Source: an uncultured Verrucomicrobiae bacterium (lineage in GTDB: Bacteria; Verrucomicrobiota; Verrucomicrobiia; Chthoniobacterales; UBA10450). Taken from it: a stretch of 64,000 nucleotides of DNA. A program made the position numbers and the translations under genes. Shown one piece after another: positions 49,445 through 59,336 of the stretch (positions within the stretch are counted from its first letter, which is position 1; every line of letters begins with the position of its first letter). The notes beneath the pieces were generated by a model, which worked only from the letters and a program-made list of their open reading frames with translations, searched no databases and was not told the DNA's origin. The stretch is taken from the NCBI GenBank assembly GCA_963801815.1, contig CAWDGJ010000002.1, positions 384,001-448,000 of the forward strand. Reading direction: 5' to 3'.

Positions 49445-50905
49445 TTATCTGCTCAGGGCTACAGAGGCACTTTTGGCAGACGACAAGCTATAACCCGATC
49501 CGGCCTGAAGTGTCATTGTCGCTGTTTTCCCCCGTTTTCCTACGGTCTGCTCAGTCAATGTCACCGTAGCTGAACTGGCGCCGGGCTGAATTGTGACCTG
49601 ACCAGGCGTTCCACTAAGCGAGTAGTTCGAACCCATGGTCGCCGTGCCGCCCATTGCGTAGGAGACTGTGACGGTCGTCGATGCCGCACTCGACAACGAA
49701 ATGGTAAATGTCGCTATGTCGCCAGTCCTAATGCTGCTCGGCGTAACTGAAAGCGACACTGAAATGCTCGAAGGAGGCGTGGGAGAAACCGTCGGTGTCG
49801 GCGTGGGTGTAGGTGTAGACGTTCCGCCTGACTTGAACGCAGTGTAATTGTACGGTTTGAAACTCCATGCTCCGCTGACTTGAGATGCAAGAGTTACGAA
49901 AATCGCTCGGCCATCGGTCGGAACGGTGACCGTTGCTGTCTGCGAGTGGATGAGGCCGGAGTTGTAAAGGTCGAAGCCGTTCTGTGAACTACCGACCAAC
50001 AGGACGAACCCAGTGGCGCTTCCTGCAGTCCAGGTAAAGGTCACACTGGACGAAGTAAAGGTGGATCCGGGAAGCGGGCTGACCATTTGCACGGGCGCGG
50101 GGGTAGGCGTTGACGTCGGGCTGGCGGTTGCGGTCGCGGTGGGGGTCGGCGTGGCACTTGGCGTCGCCGTAGGAGTAACCGAAGGAGTGGGAGTTGGAGT
50201 AGCACTTGGACTTGGGGTTGGGGTTGGACGAGGTGTCGGAGTTGGCGTCGGCGTAGGAGTTGGTGAACTACTCGAGGCGCCGTACAACGCTTGAATCCCA
50301 GCAATATCGTCCGGTTGCAGCGTGTACGAATTATTAATGTACGCGTTCATGATCGCCGTCGATACGCTTGAATGGGCCATCCCAAGAAGGTGACCGCTCT
50401 CGTGAAGCACGACGCGTTGAATATCGAAAACCGACCTCAAAGGGCCGCGATATGAATCCCAAGGCTGGGCGGTATTCACCACGATGTCCGCCTCGGACAT
50501 CGTGGACCCCGAGTAACTGTAATAGGTCACGGCCAGCGTGCTCCCGCCAAAGCTGTGCCCGAAAAATTTATTGCCAAACGAAAGAGAGTTAATGCGATCA
50601 CCCGAAACGATGGGAGCAGTGGAATCCATCACTCTTCCGAGTTGCAGATTACCCATCGCGTGGTTCCACATGTCGAGTGCCGGGGAAACTGCCGCGTTCC
50701 AAGAGGTATTGCCGTCGCCTAAGGTTCTGCCGGCCGAACCAAGCTCCAATTGCAGAACCGGACTGGAGCCATTTGGCCATTTTGGACCTTCGAGCGCATA
50801 GGCATTAGCAACTTCGGGGAGAGCCGCAGCAATGATTGTGACCCCAAGGCAGAAAAGGGCAGTCTTTGAGAGCGACATTGATCGGTTAGAAAGCGGAGGG
50901 GTCAT
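49445..50905 (-). CDS. Matrixin (M10/metzincin) metalloprotease with PT linkers and C-terminal beta-sandwich/Calx-beta-like domains
   Basis: [11 protein letters not shown] zinc motif; Met-turn [14 protein letters not shown]; signal peptide. Confidence 0.9.
   Translation of the reverse strand: MTPPLSNRSMSLSKTALFCLGVTIIAAALPEVANAYALEGPKWPNGSSPVLQLELGSAGRTLGDGNTSWNAAVSPALDMWNHAMGNLQLGRVMDSTAPIVSGDRINSLSFGNKFFGHSFGGSTLAVTYYSYSGSTMSEADIVVNTAQPWDSYRGPLRSVFDIQRVVLHESGHLLGMAHSSVSTAIMNAYINNSYTLQPDDIAGIQALYGASSSSPTPTPTPTPTPRPTPTPSPSATPTPTPSVTPTATPSATPTPTATATASPTSTPTPAPVQMVSPLPGSTFTSSSVTFTWTAGSATGFVLLVGSSQNGFDLYNSGLIHSQTATVTVPTDGRAIFVTLASQVSGAWSFKPYNYTAFKSGGTSTPTPTPTPTVSPTPPSSISVSLSVTPSSIRTGDIATFTISLSSAASTTVTVSYAMGGTATMGSNYSLSGTPGQVTIQPGASSATVTLTEQTVGKRGKTATMTLQAGSGYSLSSAKSASVALSR
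50095..50265 (-). repeat. Pro/Thr/Ser linker repeat
   Basis: Degenerate 6-bp repeats encoding (PT)n within the matrixin gene. Confidence 0.8.
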
Positions 50906-50966
50906 ACTTTTTATGACTTCTAGAAAAGCAGCATTCGTGCGCGTATTTACCCAAAACGCAAGAATG

Positions 50967-51398
50967 CTATGGAACGATAAAAATCTTCTGCGACTCGGGG
51001 TCTTTTACTTTGCTTCCCGGCGCGTAACCGCTGACATCGATGTAGCCCCCATTGGCCGTGAACGGATTGAAGACTAAACCCGGTTTGCCCGGGACCGGTT
51101 TTGCAACTGGAAACTGTCCGATGGTAGCTGTCGAAGTATTTGTCTTTGCCTCGGTCGTGGCCGGGGTCGGCGTCAGCGGCGGGGTGGCTGATCGTTGAGT
51201 AGATTTGCGTGAGGCAACCTGCGGCGATGGCGATGCCACAGGAAGCGGCCTTCCCGGCTCCGCTACATCCGATGTGTTTGCAGCCGGCTCTGCGCCGGAG
51301 GGGTGGAACGGCGACATAATCGTCCGGCCCACGCCGCAGCCCGCGAAACCAATTGCGATGGGCACGAACAACGCAATCGCCAGAAACCTGCAATTCAT
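50967..51398 (-). CDS. Lipoprotein with a compact Pro/Gly-rich C-terminal domain
   Basis: Lipobox FAG-C; low-complexity linker; [18 protein letters not shown]...[21 protein letters not shown]. Confidence 0.7.
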   Translation of the reverse strand: MNCRFLAIALFVPIAIGFAGCGVGRTIMSPFHPSGAEPAANTSDVAEPGRPLPVASPSPQVASRKSTQRSATPPLTPTPATTEAKTNTSTATIGQFPVAKPVPGKPGLVFNPFTANGGYIDVSGYAPGSKVKDPESQKIFIVP

Positions 51399-51405
51399 CG
51401 CGTGG

Positions 51406-52458
51406 TTATAAATCGGCTTTCGTTGAACGCAACAAATCGGCGACAAATCGGTCAATGTCAGCATCAGCGGTCGCCCAGGAACTCATCAAGCGATAAACAT
51501 CCGGCTCGATAAATTTGTAAAAATGCCAACCCCGCGCCTGGAGACTGCGCGCGAGCGAATCCGAAAGGCGAACAAAAACCGCGTTCGCTTCAACCGAAAA
51601 CACAATGTCGATCCTCGCATCGCCTTGCAGACGTTCGCAAAGGCGCTTCGCCATCGCATTGGCATGCTCGGCATTGCGCAACCACGCGCCACTACTCAGA
51701 AGCCCGATCCATGGGGCAGACAGGAACCGCATCTTTGAAGCGAGTTGTCCCGCCTGTTTCAAACGATAATCGAATTCGCGCGACAGTTCTTTTTTGAAAA
51801 AGATCACCAGCTCGCCAGCGGCTAGCCCGTTCTTTGTTCCACCAAAACACACAACGTCGACACCGCGTTGCCAGGTAATCTCTTTCGGCGCGCACTTCAG
51901 TGTCGCAACCGCGTTGGCGAAACGCGCGCCGTCCATGTGCACAAACATTTCGTGTTTTCGCGCCAGTTCTGCGATCGCGTCGATCTCAGCCCGAGTGTAA
52001 ACGGCACCGAGTTCGGTTGCTTGTGTAATACTCACCACTCGCGGTTTGTGCGCGTGGAGCTGCGGTTGTCGCGCGATGACGGCGCCCACTTCGTTGGCGT
52101 CGATCTTGCCGCGGTCGCCGTTGACTAGCAGCAGCTTCGAGCCTCGTGTGAAAAATTCCGGCGCTCCGCATTCGTCCGTTTGAATGTGGGCCTGGTGGTG
52201 ACAAATAACACTGTGAAAAGGCTGGCAGAGTTGTGCGAGCGCCAGCGCATTTGCGGCGGTACCGTTGAAAACAAGATACGCGTCACAATCGGTCTCAAAA
52301 AGCTCGCGCACCAATTCGCGGAGTCGCCGGGTCCACTCGTCGTCGCCGTACGACTCAGCAGCCCCCCGGTTAGCTTCCTCGAGCGCAGCCAACGCTTCGG
52401 GACAAATCCCAATCGTATTGTCACTCGCGAATTCGTGGTGCTCGCCGGCCTTGTCCAT
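51406..52458 (-). CDS. ltaE: Low-specificity L-threonine aldolase
   Basis: FASDN; SYG.D; NGTAAN; DECGAPE; HMDGARFANA; GGTKNG; QLASKMRF. Confidence 0.92.
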   Translation of the reverse strand: MDKAGEHHEFASDNTIGICPEALAALEEANRGAAESYGDDEWTRRLRELVRELFETDCDAYLVFNGTAANALALAQLCQPFHSVICHHQAHIQTDECGAPEFFTRGSKLLLVNGDRGKIDANEVGAVIARQPQLHAHKPRVVSITQATELGAVYTRAEIDAIAELARKHEMFVHMDGARFANAVATLKCAPKEITWQRGVDVVCFGGTKNGLAAGELVIFFKKELSREFDYRLKQAGQLASKMRFLSAPWIGLLSSGAWLRNAEHANAMAKRLCERLQGDARIDIVFSVEANAVFVRLSDSLARSLQARGWHFYKFIEPDVYRLMSSWATADADIDRFVADLLRSTKADL

Positions 52459-52689
52459 CGGGATTCCTTGCTAATCGACTTCGGCGCGCGCAGCAAATAG
52501 CAATCGACTGGAAGCAGAAATTGCCTGACGGACTCGAGCCCAAGGGCCTGCAGGGTCCGCCAGGCAAATCACTCTAATGCTCCCTGAATCTGAGCCGCTG
52601 TGATGGCGGCTCTAATCCCAACATTCGGAATTCACCGGCAAAGTGACCGTATCTGCTGGCAATTTTTTTGTTATCGGCCAATCCCCGCC

Positions 52690-52718
52690 TTTACCTCGGA
52701 TTGCGGCGCGATTAAATT
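52690..52718 (+). promoter_or_regulatory. Putative leaderless promoter of putA
   Basis: TTTACC-N17-TAAATT, 7 nt before the ATG at 52726. Confidence 0.45.
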
Positions 52719-52725
52719 TCGGCTT

Positions 52726-55700
52726 ATGGGCGCTCTCCAAGCGGAAGTCGAACGACGCGGCGAAAGAATCTTCGAGCTGGTCGACGAACATCCCGAACCG
52801 CTTTTCAGCAAAGCGGGCTTTTATCAGCGGATGATGGCGCTCTCGATGCGCGATGAGCATTTCAAAGTGCAGCTCTTTCGCTTCGTCGATGTTCTAGCAT
52901 CGCTCCATCGCGGAACCGACATCGTCCAGCATCTCGATGAGTACTTCGCCGACATGCGCAACGGCTATGGACCCCTGATTCGAACGGGCGTCCGCGCGGC
53001 ATGGATGATGCCGTGGATCAGCGGCCAGCTGCTGCGCTGGAATGTCTCCGGCATGGCGCGGCAATTCATTGCTGGAAGAAATCCGGAGGACGTGACGAAA
53101 ACGCTGCGTAAACGCCGCGCCCAGGGCATCGGCTTCACGGTCGATTTGTTGGGCGAGGCCGTCGTGAGCGAACAGGAAGCGACCGAATACTCCACTCGTT
53201 GTCTCGAGTTACTCGAACACCTCGGCCACGAAACGCGAGATTGGGGCGATCCACTCGGCAAGAACTCGGAGCTGTTCCCAGTCGTCAATCTGTCCGTAAA
53301 AATCTCCGCACTTTATTCGCAGATGAATCCGGCCGCGCCGGAGGACGCGATCGCCCATCTCGCGCCGAAGCTTCGGCCGATCTTGCGACGCGCGCGCGAA
53401 CTTGGGGCGTTCCTGAACTTCGACATGGAAAGTTTCACGCACAAAGCTGCAACACTCGAACTTTTCAAAACGCTCTTCACCGAGTCCGAGTTTCGCGATT
53501 GGCCGCACGTCGGAATTGTCATTCAAGCTTACCTCCGCGACGCGGAAGATGATTTACGAGACCTGTTCGACTGGGGACGTAAACGCGGCACGCGCTTCGC
53601 CGTTCGGCTGGTGAAAGGCGCCTACTGGGATTTCGAAAAAATAAAATCGCGCCAGAACGGCTGGGCCTGTCCGGTTTTTCTCCAAAAACCCGAGAGCGAT
53701 CTCAACTTCGAAATAATCACTCGAATTTTGCTCGAGAACGAATCGATCGTGACCGCGGCGTTTGGTTCGCACAACGTCCGCAGCATCGCACACGCGCAGG
53801 CACTGGCCGACCAGCTCGGAATCGACCGCAGCCGTTTCGAATTCCAGTTGCTCTACGGAATGGCCGGACCGGTAAAGCGCGCTCTCGTTGAAATGGGTTA
53901 TCGCGTTCGGGAATACAGCCCGGTCGGCGAACTACTGCCAGGGATGTCGTATCTTGTTCGCCGACTCCTTGAGAACACTTCAAACGAAGGATTTCTGCGC
54001 GCGAAATTTTCCGATAATGTCTCCGAGGCCGAACTGCTGCGCAATCCAGCCGATCTTGTCACACAGGGTCCGAACGGCGCGCGTCATGTCGAAGTTAATG
54101 GCGACGACGCTTCCCTCAACGCGCCCCCCGGCGATACTTATGAAAACGCACCGCTTGTGAATTTCGCTTACGAACAAAATCAGGAACGAATGCGCGCTGC
54201 GATCGAGCAGATCCGGCCTCAGCTCGGCCAGAAATATCCGATCGTTATCAACGGCGAGAAAATTTGGACCGAAAAAACGATCGCTTCGATTAATCCCACC
54301 TCACCGGACGTGGTCGTCGGCCATGTCGCCGAAGCAGGAATTCCGGAAGCCGAGCGGGCGGTCAAAGTTGCTCGCGAGGCGTTTGATCAGTGGAGCCGCA
54401 CATCATTTGAAACGCGCTGCCGATTGCTTGAGCGGGCTGCGGACATCATGCATCGCCGTCGCTACGAACTTTCGGCGCTGGAGGTTTTCGAGGTCGGCAA
54501 AGCCTGGGCCGAAGCAGACGGCGACATCCGCGAAGCAATGGATTTCTGCCGGTTTTATGCGCAGCAAATGCGCCTGATCGGCCGGCCGCGGCTGACTCAA
54601 CACGTTCTCGGCGAAGAAAGTTATCAGCATTACTGGCCGCGTGGCGTCGCCTTCATCATCGCACCGTGGAATTTCCCGCTCGCGATTTTAACGGGGATGA
54701 CGACCGCCGCGCTCGTTACCGGTAACAGTGTGATCTTCAAGCCTGCGGAGCAATCCGCGGTAATCGGCGCGATGCTAATGGAGATTTTCGAGGAAGCGGG
54801 CGTTCCGCGTGGAGTCTTGAATTATTTGCCCGGCAAAGGCTCGGTCATTGGCCAGCATCTAGTCGACCACAAAGATGTCGACCTGATTGCGTTCACCGGT
54901 TCGCGCGAAGTCGGATTGCGGATCTGGAAAAGCGCCGGCGAAACACGCGAAGGTCAGCGTGAGCTCAAACGGGTGATTTGCGAAATGGGCGGTAAGAACG
55001 CCGTGATCATTGACGCCGACGCAGACCTCGATGAAGCAATCGTCGATACTATTTACTCGGCGTTCGGTTATCAGGGGCAAAAATGTTCAGCCTGCTCGCG
55101 CTTGATCATCCTCGAAGAGATTTATCCCCGCGCGATCGAACGTTTACTCAACGCTGCAGCGAGTTTGCATGTTGGAAATCCGGAAGATCCCAGCGTGACA
55201 GTTGGTCCGGTGATCGATGGCAAAGCTCATACGAACATTCTCAATTACATCGAGAGTGGCAAACAAGAAGCGCGTCTCGCCTTTCAACGAGCGGACGTTC
55301 CGGAGAAAGGTTTCTTTATTCCGCCGACGATCTTCACCAACGTCAGCCCGAAAGCGAAAATCGCCTGCGAAGAAATCTTCGGACCAGTGCTCAGCGTTAT
55401 CAAAGTGCGGGATCTCAACGGAGCGTTCGAGGTCGCCAACAGCACCGATTTCGCACTCACTGCGGGATTTTTCTCGCGCAGTCCGGCGAACATTGAACGG
55501 GCCAAGGCTGAGATCTGCGCCGGCAACGTTTACATCAATCGCTCATGCACCGGCGCAGTCGTTGGTCGCCATCCGTTCGGGGGATTCAAGATGAGCGGCG
55601 GCGGCACCAAGGCAGGAGGTGCCGATTATCTTTTGCAGTTCGTGGTTCCGCGCGTCGTTACTGAAAATATCACGCGCCATGGATTCGCGCCGGAAACGAC

Positions 55701-55743
55701 ACCGCAGTACCGCGACGAATTTCTCTGGCCACCGCGACACTGA
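52726..55743 (+). CDS. putA: Bifunctional proline dehydrogenase / P5C dehydrogenase
   Basis: DLLGE; VRLVKGAYWD; FGSHNVRS; Q.LYGM; YLVRRLLENTSN; PWNFP; FTGS; EMGGKNA; GQKCSA; EEIFGP. Confidence 0.95.
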   Translation: MGALQAEVERRGERIFELVDEHPEPLFSKAGFYQRMMALSMRDEHFKVQLFRFVDVLASLHRGTDIVQHLDEYFADMRNGYGPLIRTGVRAAWMMPWISGQLLRWNVSGMARQFIAGRNPEDVTKTLRKRRAQGIGFTVDLLGEAVVSEQEATEYSTRCLELLEHLGHETRDWGDPLGKNSELFPVVNLSVKISALYSQMNPAAPEDAIAHLAPKLRPILRRARELGAFLNFDMESFTHKAATLELFKTLFTESEFRDWPHVGIVIQAYLRDAEDDLRDLFDWGRKRGTRFAVRLVKGAYWDFEKIKSRQNGWACPVFLQKPESDLNFEIITRILLENESIVTAAFGSHNVRSIAHAQALADQLGIDRSRFEFQLLYGMAGPVKRALVEMGYRVREYSPVGELLPGMSYLVRRLLENTSNEGFLRAKFSDNVSEAELLRNPADLVTQGPNGARHVEVNGDDASLNAPPGDTYENAPLVNFAYEQNQERMRAAIEQIRPQLGQKYPIVINGEKIWTEKTIASINPTSPDVVVGHVAEAGIPEAERAVKVAREAFDQWSRTSFETRCRLLERAADIMHRRRYELSALEVFEVGKAWAEADGDIREAMDFCRFYAQQMRLIGRPRLTQHVLGEESYQHYWPRGVAFIIAPWNFPLAILTGMTTAALVTGNSVIFKPAEQSAVIGAMLMEIFEEAGVPRGVLNYLPGKGSVIGQHLVDHKDVDLIAFTGSREVGLRIWKSAGETREGQRELKRVICEMGGKNAVIIDADADLDEAIVDTIYSAFGYQGQKCSACSRLIILEEIYPRAIERLLNAAASLHVGNPEDPSVTVGPVIDGKAHTNILNYIESGKQEARLAFQRADVPEKGFFIPPTIFTNVSPKAKIACEEIFGPVLSVIKVRDLNGAFEVANSTDFALTAGFFSRSPANIERAKAEICAGNVYINRSCTGAVVGRHPFGGFKMSGGGTKAGGADYLLQFVVPRVVTENITRHGFAPETTPQYRDEFLWPPRH

Positions 55744-55751
55744 TCGAACTA

Positions 55752-56009
55752 TCAGTTTTTGTAATACAACTGGATGACGGTGACGATCATGTAGATCACC
55801 GGCCACGCGGCCGCCGCCAGAATAATCCCGAACACCACCATCTCTTTCGCCCGTTCGCGCGCTGACTCGACCAGATATTGGCGGCCGAGATTGTACCGCC
55901 CAAAATCCCACTCATCACCTGAGTGGCCGTCCCAGCGGCTGTGACCGGGTTGAAAACAACAGTCCGTCTTCGGGAAACAATTACGCTGGGCTGAAGCCTG
56001 CGGTTTCAC
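55752..56009 (-). CDS. Small hypothetical protein with C-terminal TM helix
   Basis: 85-aa ORF (TDCCFQ...; C-terminal hydrophobic helix AAAWPVIY). Confidence 0.5.
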   Translation of the reverse strand: MKPQASAQRNCFPKTDCCFQPGHSRWDGHSGDEWDFGRYNLGRQYLVESARERAKEMVVFGIILAAAAWPVIYMIVTVIQLYYKN

Positions 56010-56086
56010 CGGGACTCACCCCAGCTTGGATCATTCCACGACGGGGTCAACGGATTGAACTTGTTGGTCTCCCGACTCACTCGCCG

Positions 56087-56962
56087 CTACTTCGCGGCTT
56101 TTTCGTCAATGCCGCTCGCCCCGCTCGCTCCATTCATCCACTCAATAATTTTTTCATGGCCGTGATTGAGCACGCTCACGTGGTTGGCGTTCTCCACGGC
56201 AAAAAATTCGGCGAATGGGAATTCGCGTGCGAGCTCGCGACCCATCCGGACCGGAATCACTTCGTCGCTTGTGCCGTGAAAGATCGCGACGCGCGCGTTT
56301 GGATTGCGCTTCAAGACATCTGCCAAATTGGCGCGATTATCGTAGCTCTCGATCAGCAATCTCGCGATCCATCCGCCAAAAATCGTCGCTGCTTCCTCCC
56401 GCAATGTGGTGAACGGCGCGATCAACACTACGCGTTCGACATTGCGCTGCGCGGCGAAATCGAGAGCTGCCGCTGCGCCTAACGAATGACCAATCGCACA
56501 TAGCTTGAGATGGTCTTCATCGGTTTGCAACTTTTCGGCCAAAGCCTTTAGCGCAGCGTCTGCGGAGGCGCGTGTGCTCGCGATGGTCGCGTAACCACCG
56601 TTTTTTCCGTAGCCGGGGTAGTCAATTAACAGGAATGCGTCGCCGTTCCATGGATAATCGCGGAGGACGCTCGTCCAATCGAGCGCGAGCGATCCGTTGC
56701 CACAAAATGAGAGCCAAACTCGCTTTGGCAATGGTTTGCCGCCACCCGGAAGATAATACGCGCAAAACTTCGCCGAGCCGACGGTGTACTTGATTTCTTC
56801 TCCGTCTGCCGGCAGCGCGTAAGCGTAGCTATCATCGTACGGCCGCGGATGATAAACCATCGCGTGCTGTCGAAAATAGAGGATCGACAGCACTAAAAGC
56901 AGAAGCACGCAGGCTCCGAGGACTATCCGAATTATCTTTCGTGTGAACGATCGATCGCGCAC
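56087..56962 (-). CDS. Alpha/beta hydrolase (ABHD/Bem46-like)
   Basis: N-terminal TM; DYPGYG; GHSLG nucleophile; HGTSDEVIP; terminal His. Confidence 0.9.
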   Translation of the reverse strand: MRDRSFTRKIIRIVLGACVLLLLVLSILYFRQHAMVYHPRPYDDSYAYALPADGEEIKYTVGSAKFCAYYLPGGGKPLPKRVWLSFCGNGSLALDWTSVLRDYPWNGDAFLLIDYPGYGKNGGYATIASTRASADAALKALAEKLQTDEDHLKLCAIGHSLGAAAALDFAAQRNVERVVLIAPFTTLREEAATIFGGWIARLLIESYDNRANLADVLKRNPNARVAIFHGTSDEVIPVRMGRELAREFPFAEFFAVENANHVSVLNHGHEKIIEWMNGASGASGIDEKAAK

Positions 56963-57017
56963 CGTTCCTCAAGAACGTGCCCGTTGCGGCGCGATGCAAA
57001 TCGATTTTACCTAACCC

Positions 57018-57680
57018 ATGCTTTACGTTGTCGCCACGCCCATTGGAAATCTTGGCGATATCACGTTGCGGGCGCTCGAAATTTTGAAAGATGTCGATCT
57101 TGTCGCCGCCGAGGACACGCGACACTCGGGAATTTTGTTGAAGCGCTACCAAATCGACAAGCCGCTCGTTAGCTATCATCAACACAATGAGGCGATGCGC
57201 ACCGCCCAGTTGGTCGAACGACTTGCTGCCGGGGAGAAAATTGCGCTCATCACGGACGCTGGAACACCCGGACTGTCGGACCCCGGCGCGCGACTGATCC
57301 GCGAATGCATTAAACGCGAACTCGAGTTTACAATCATTCCCGGACCCTCGTCGATTCTGACTGCCCTCGTTGGTTCCGGCTTTTCGGCTGAGAAATTCTT
57401 CTTCGGCGGATTTCTACCAATCAAGAGCGGGCAACGTGAACGTGAATTGAAAAGCGCAGCTGCCCGCGACGAAACTTCGATTTATTTTGAATCGCCTTAT
57501 CGCCTGACTAAAACGCTTAAAGCCTGTCTTGCCGTCATCGGAGATCGACAACTCTGCGTCGCGCGAGAGCTGACTAAGAAGTTCGAAGAATTCCGACACG
57601 GCACCGCGGCGGAACTCCTCGCGCACTACGAAGCCCACCCGCCCAAAGGCGAAATCGTGCTTTTAATCAACGCGTTGTAG
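57018..57680 (+). CDS. rsmI: 16S rRNA C1402 2'-O-methyltransferase
   Basis: LYVVATPIGNL.DIT.RA; AEDTR; DAGTP.LSDPG; ARELTK.FEE. Confidence 0.96.
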   Translation: MLYVVATPIGNLGDITLRALEILKDVDLVAAEDTRHSGILLKRYQIDKPLVSYHQHNEAMRTAQLVERLAAGEKIALITDAGTPGLSDPGARLIRECIKRELEFTIIPGPSSILTALVGSGFSAEKFFFGGFLPIKSGQRERELKSAAARDETSIYFESPYRLTKTLKACLAVIGDRQLCVARELTKKFEEFRHGTAAELLAHYEAHPPKGEIVLLINAL

Positions 57681-57780
57681 CCGCGGCCGGAGACAGCGAC
57701 AGTTACAACCTTTTCTGGTTGCCAAACCAGGCCTTCTGTGAGACTTTGCGCGGCTTTTTCTCCTCGGAAGCGCTGATTTT

Positions 57781-58092
57781 ATGACTTACGCAATCATCAA
57801 GACTGGCGGACGGCAATATCGCGTCGCGGAAGGCGACACGGTGGATGTCGATCTTCTGGACGTCGATCCGGGCAAAACAACCACGTTTGAGGTGTTGATG
57901 CATATCGATGGCGGGAAGATCAGCGACGGCGGGAAGGTCACGGCCGAAGTCGTCGAGCAACGTAAAGATAAAAAGGTCATCGCGTTCAAATATAAGCGGC
58001 GTAAAGGGTATCACCGCACGGTCGGTCACCGCCGGAAACTCACCCGGTTAAAAATCAAAAGCATCACCGGCGGTTCCAAGTCTAAGAAGTAA
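57781..58092 (+). CDS. rplU: 50S ribosomal protein L21
   Basis: YAIIKTGGRQYRV; FKYKRRKGY....GHR. Confidence 0.97.
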   Translation: MTYAIIKTGGRQYRVAEGDTVDVDLLDVDPGKTTTFEVLMHIDGGKISDGGKVTAEVVEQRKDKKVIAFKYKRRKGYHRTVGHRRKLTRLKIKSITGGSKSKK

Positions 58093-58132
58093 GTTCCCTC
58101 AACTCTCAACCATCAACTAAGAACTCTCCGCA

Positions 58133-58387
58133 ATGGCACATAAAAAAGGACAAGGCAGCGTTAAGAACGGCCGCGACAGCGTCAGCAAACGCCTCGGCGT
58201 AAAGCGCTTTGGAAGCGAAACGGTCCTCGCGGGCAACATCATCGTCCGCCAACGCGGCACCAAGTTTTTACCAGGAAAAAACGTCGGCCTTGGCCGCGAT
58301 TATACGATCTTTGCCCTCGTTAACGGCAGCGTGCGGTTCGACCGCGGTGGCCGTCGGGTCAATATCGACCCGATTTCGACAAAATAA
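58133..58387 (+). CDS. rpmA: 50S ribosomal protein L27
   Basis: [26 protein letters not shown]. Confidence 0.98.
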   Translation: MAHKKGQGSVKNGRDSVSKRLGVKRFGSETVLAGNIIVRQRGTKFLPGKNVGLGRDYTIFALVNGSVRFDRGGRRVNIDPISTK

Positions 58388-58393
58388 CTTCAC

Positions 58394-58422
58394 TTCCCGA
58401 TTGGCCGCGAGTGCGGTATAAC
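58394..58422 (+). promoter_or_regulatory. Putative promoter of adk
   Basis: TTCCCG-N17-TATAAC, 11 nt before the ATG at 58434. Confidence 0.45.
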
Positions 58423-58433
58423 CGAACGCGTAG

Positions 58434-59084
58434 ATGAAATACCGCACGTTCATTTTGTTTGGAGCTCCGGGCAGCGGAAAAGGAACTCAAGGGAAGACGC
58501 TCGGCAGCATTCCGCGCTTCTTTCATTGCCCGTGCGGGGACGTCTTTCGCTCGATCGACACGCGGACGCCGGTTGGCAAAGCGTTTCTGGATTATTCGAG
58601 CAAAGGCCAGCTCGTCCCGGACGATGTCACGGTCGAGCTTTGGAAAGCGGCGATCGACGCCGCCGTCGATGCCCACAAGTTCAAGCCGGACATCGACATT
58701 CTCGTACTCGATGGAATTCCGCGGAACGTGAACCAGGCGAAAATCATGCGGGACATGATCGACGTGGAAAAAGTTTTTCACCTCGCCTGCCCGAACCGAG
58801 AAACGCTGTTCCAACGTTTGAAGAAACGCGCGTTGAAGGACAACCGACTCGACGATGCCAACGAGGAAGTCATCAAGAGACGGCTGGACATCTACGAACA
58901 GGAATCGAAACCCGTCCTGAAGCACTACCCGAAAGAATGTATCGCCGTGATTGACGCGATGCAGCCGCCCGCGAAAGTACTGTTCGACATCTTAGCGAGC
59001 ATAAACGGGATTAAGAGTGAACCAGCACCAGCACGAGCAGCAGCAGCCGCAGCCGCAGCCGCGACAGCCGCAGTCGCAGTTTGA
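58434..59084 (+). CDS. adk: Adenylate kinase family (short, LID-less type)
   Basis: GAPGSGKGTQ; G.LVPD; LDGIPR; R.DD.NE.VI..RL..Y. Confidence 0.9.
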   Translation: MKYRTFILFGAPGSGKGTQGKTLGSIPRFFHCPCGDVFRSIDTRTPVGKAFLDYSSKGQLVPDDVTVELWKAAIDAAVDAHKFKPDIDILVLDGIPRNVNQAKIMRDMIDVEKVFHLACPNRETLFQRLKKRALKDNRLDDANEEVIKRRLDIYEQESKPVLKHYPKECIAVIDAMQPPAKVLFDILASINGIKSEPAPARAAAAAAAAATAAVAV

Positions 59085-59310
59085 GAATTTCACCGCGTCG
59101 ACTCTTTACTGCGAGAAATGCCGGGCGACGACGCCCGTTCGCGAGCGATTGCTCCTAGTCCTGCCGGAAAAAGAGATTTTCGATTATCTCTGCACTGAGT
59201 GCGGTTCCTCAGTCGGCCAGCGCGAAGTCAGCGCCGGCGAAAAAATGACGGCTAAGGCGACGCGGCCGAGGAGGCAAGTTCGCATTCCGCTTAAACCTCG
59301 AAGTCGTTAA
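59017..59310 (+). CDS. Small zinc-ribbon protein
   Basis: LYCEKC...VRERLLLVLP....DYLCTECG (two CxxC motifs). Confidence 0.75.
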   Translation: MNQHQHEQQQPQPQPRQPQSQFENFTASTLYCEKCRATTPVRERLLLVLPEKEIFDYLCTECGSSVGQREVSAGEKMTAKATRPRRQVRIPLKPRSR

Positions 59311-59336
59311 GTGGCCTGAGCCGGACTGGCACTACC

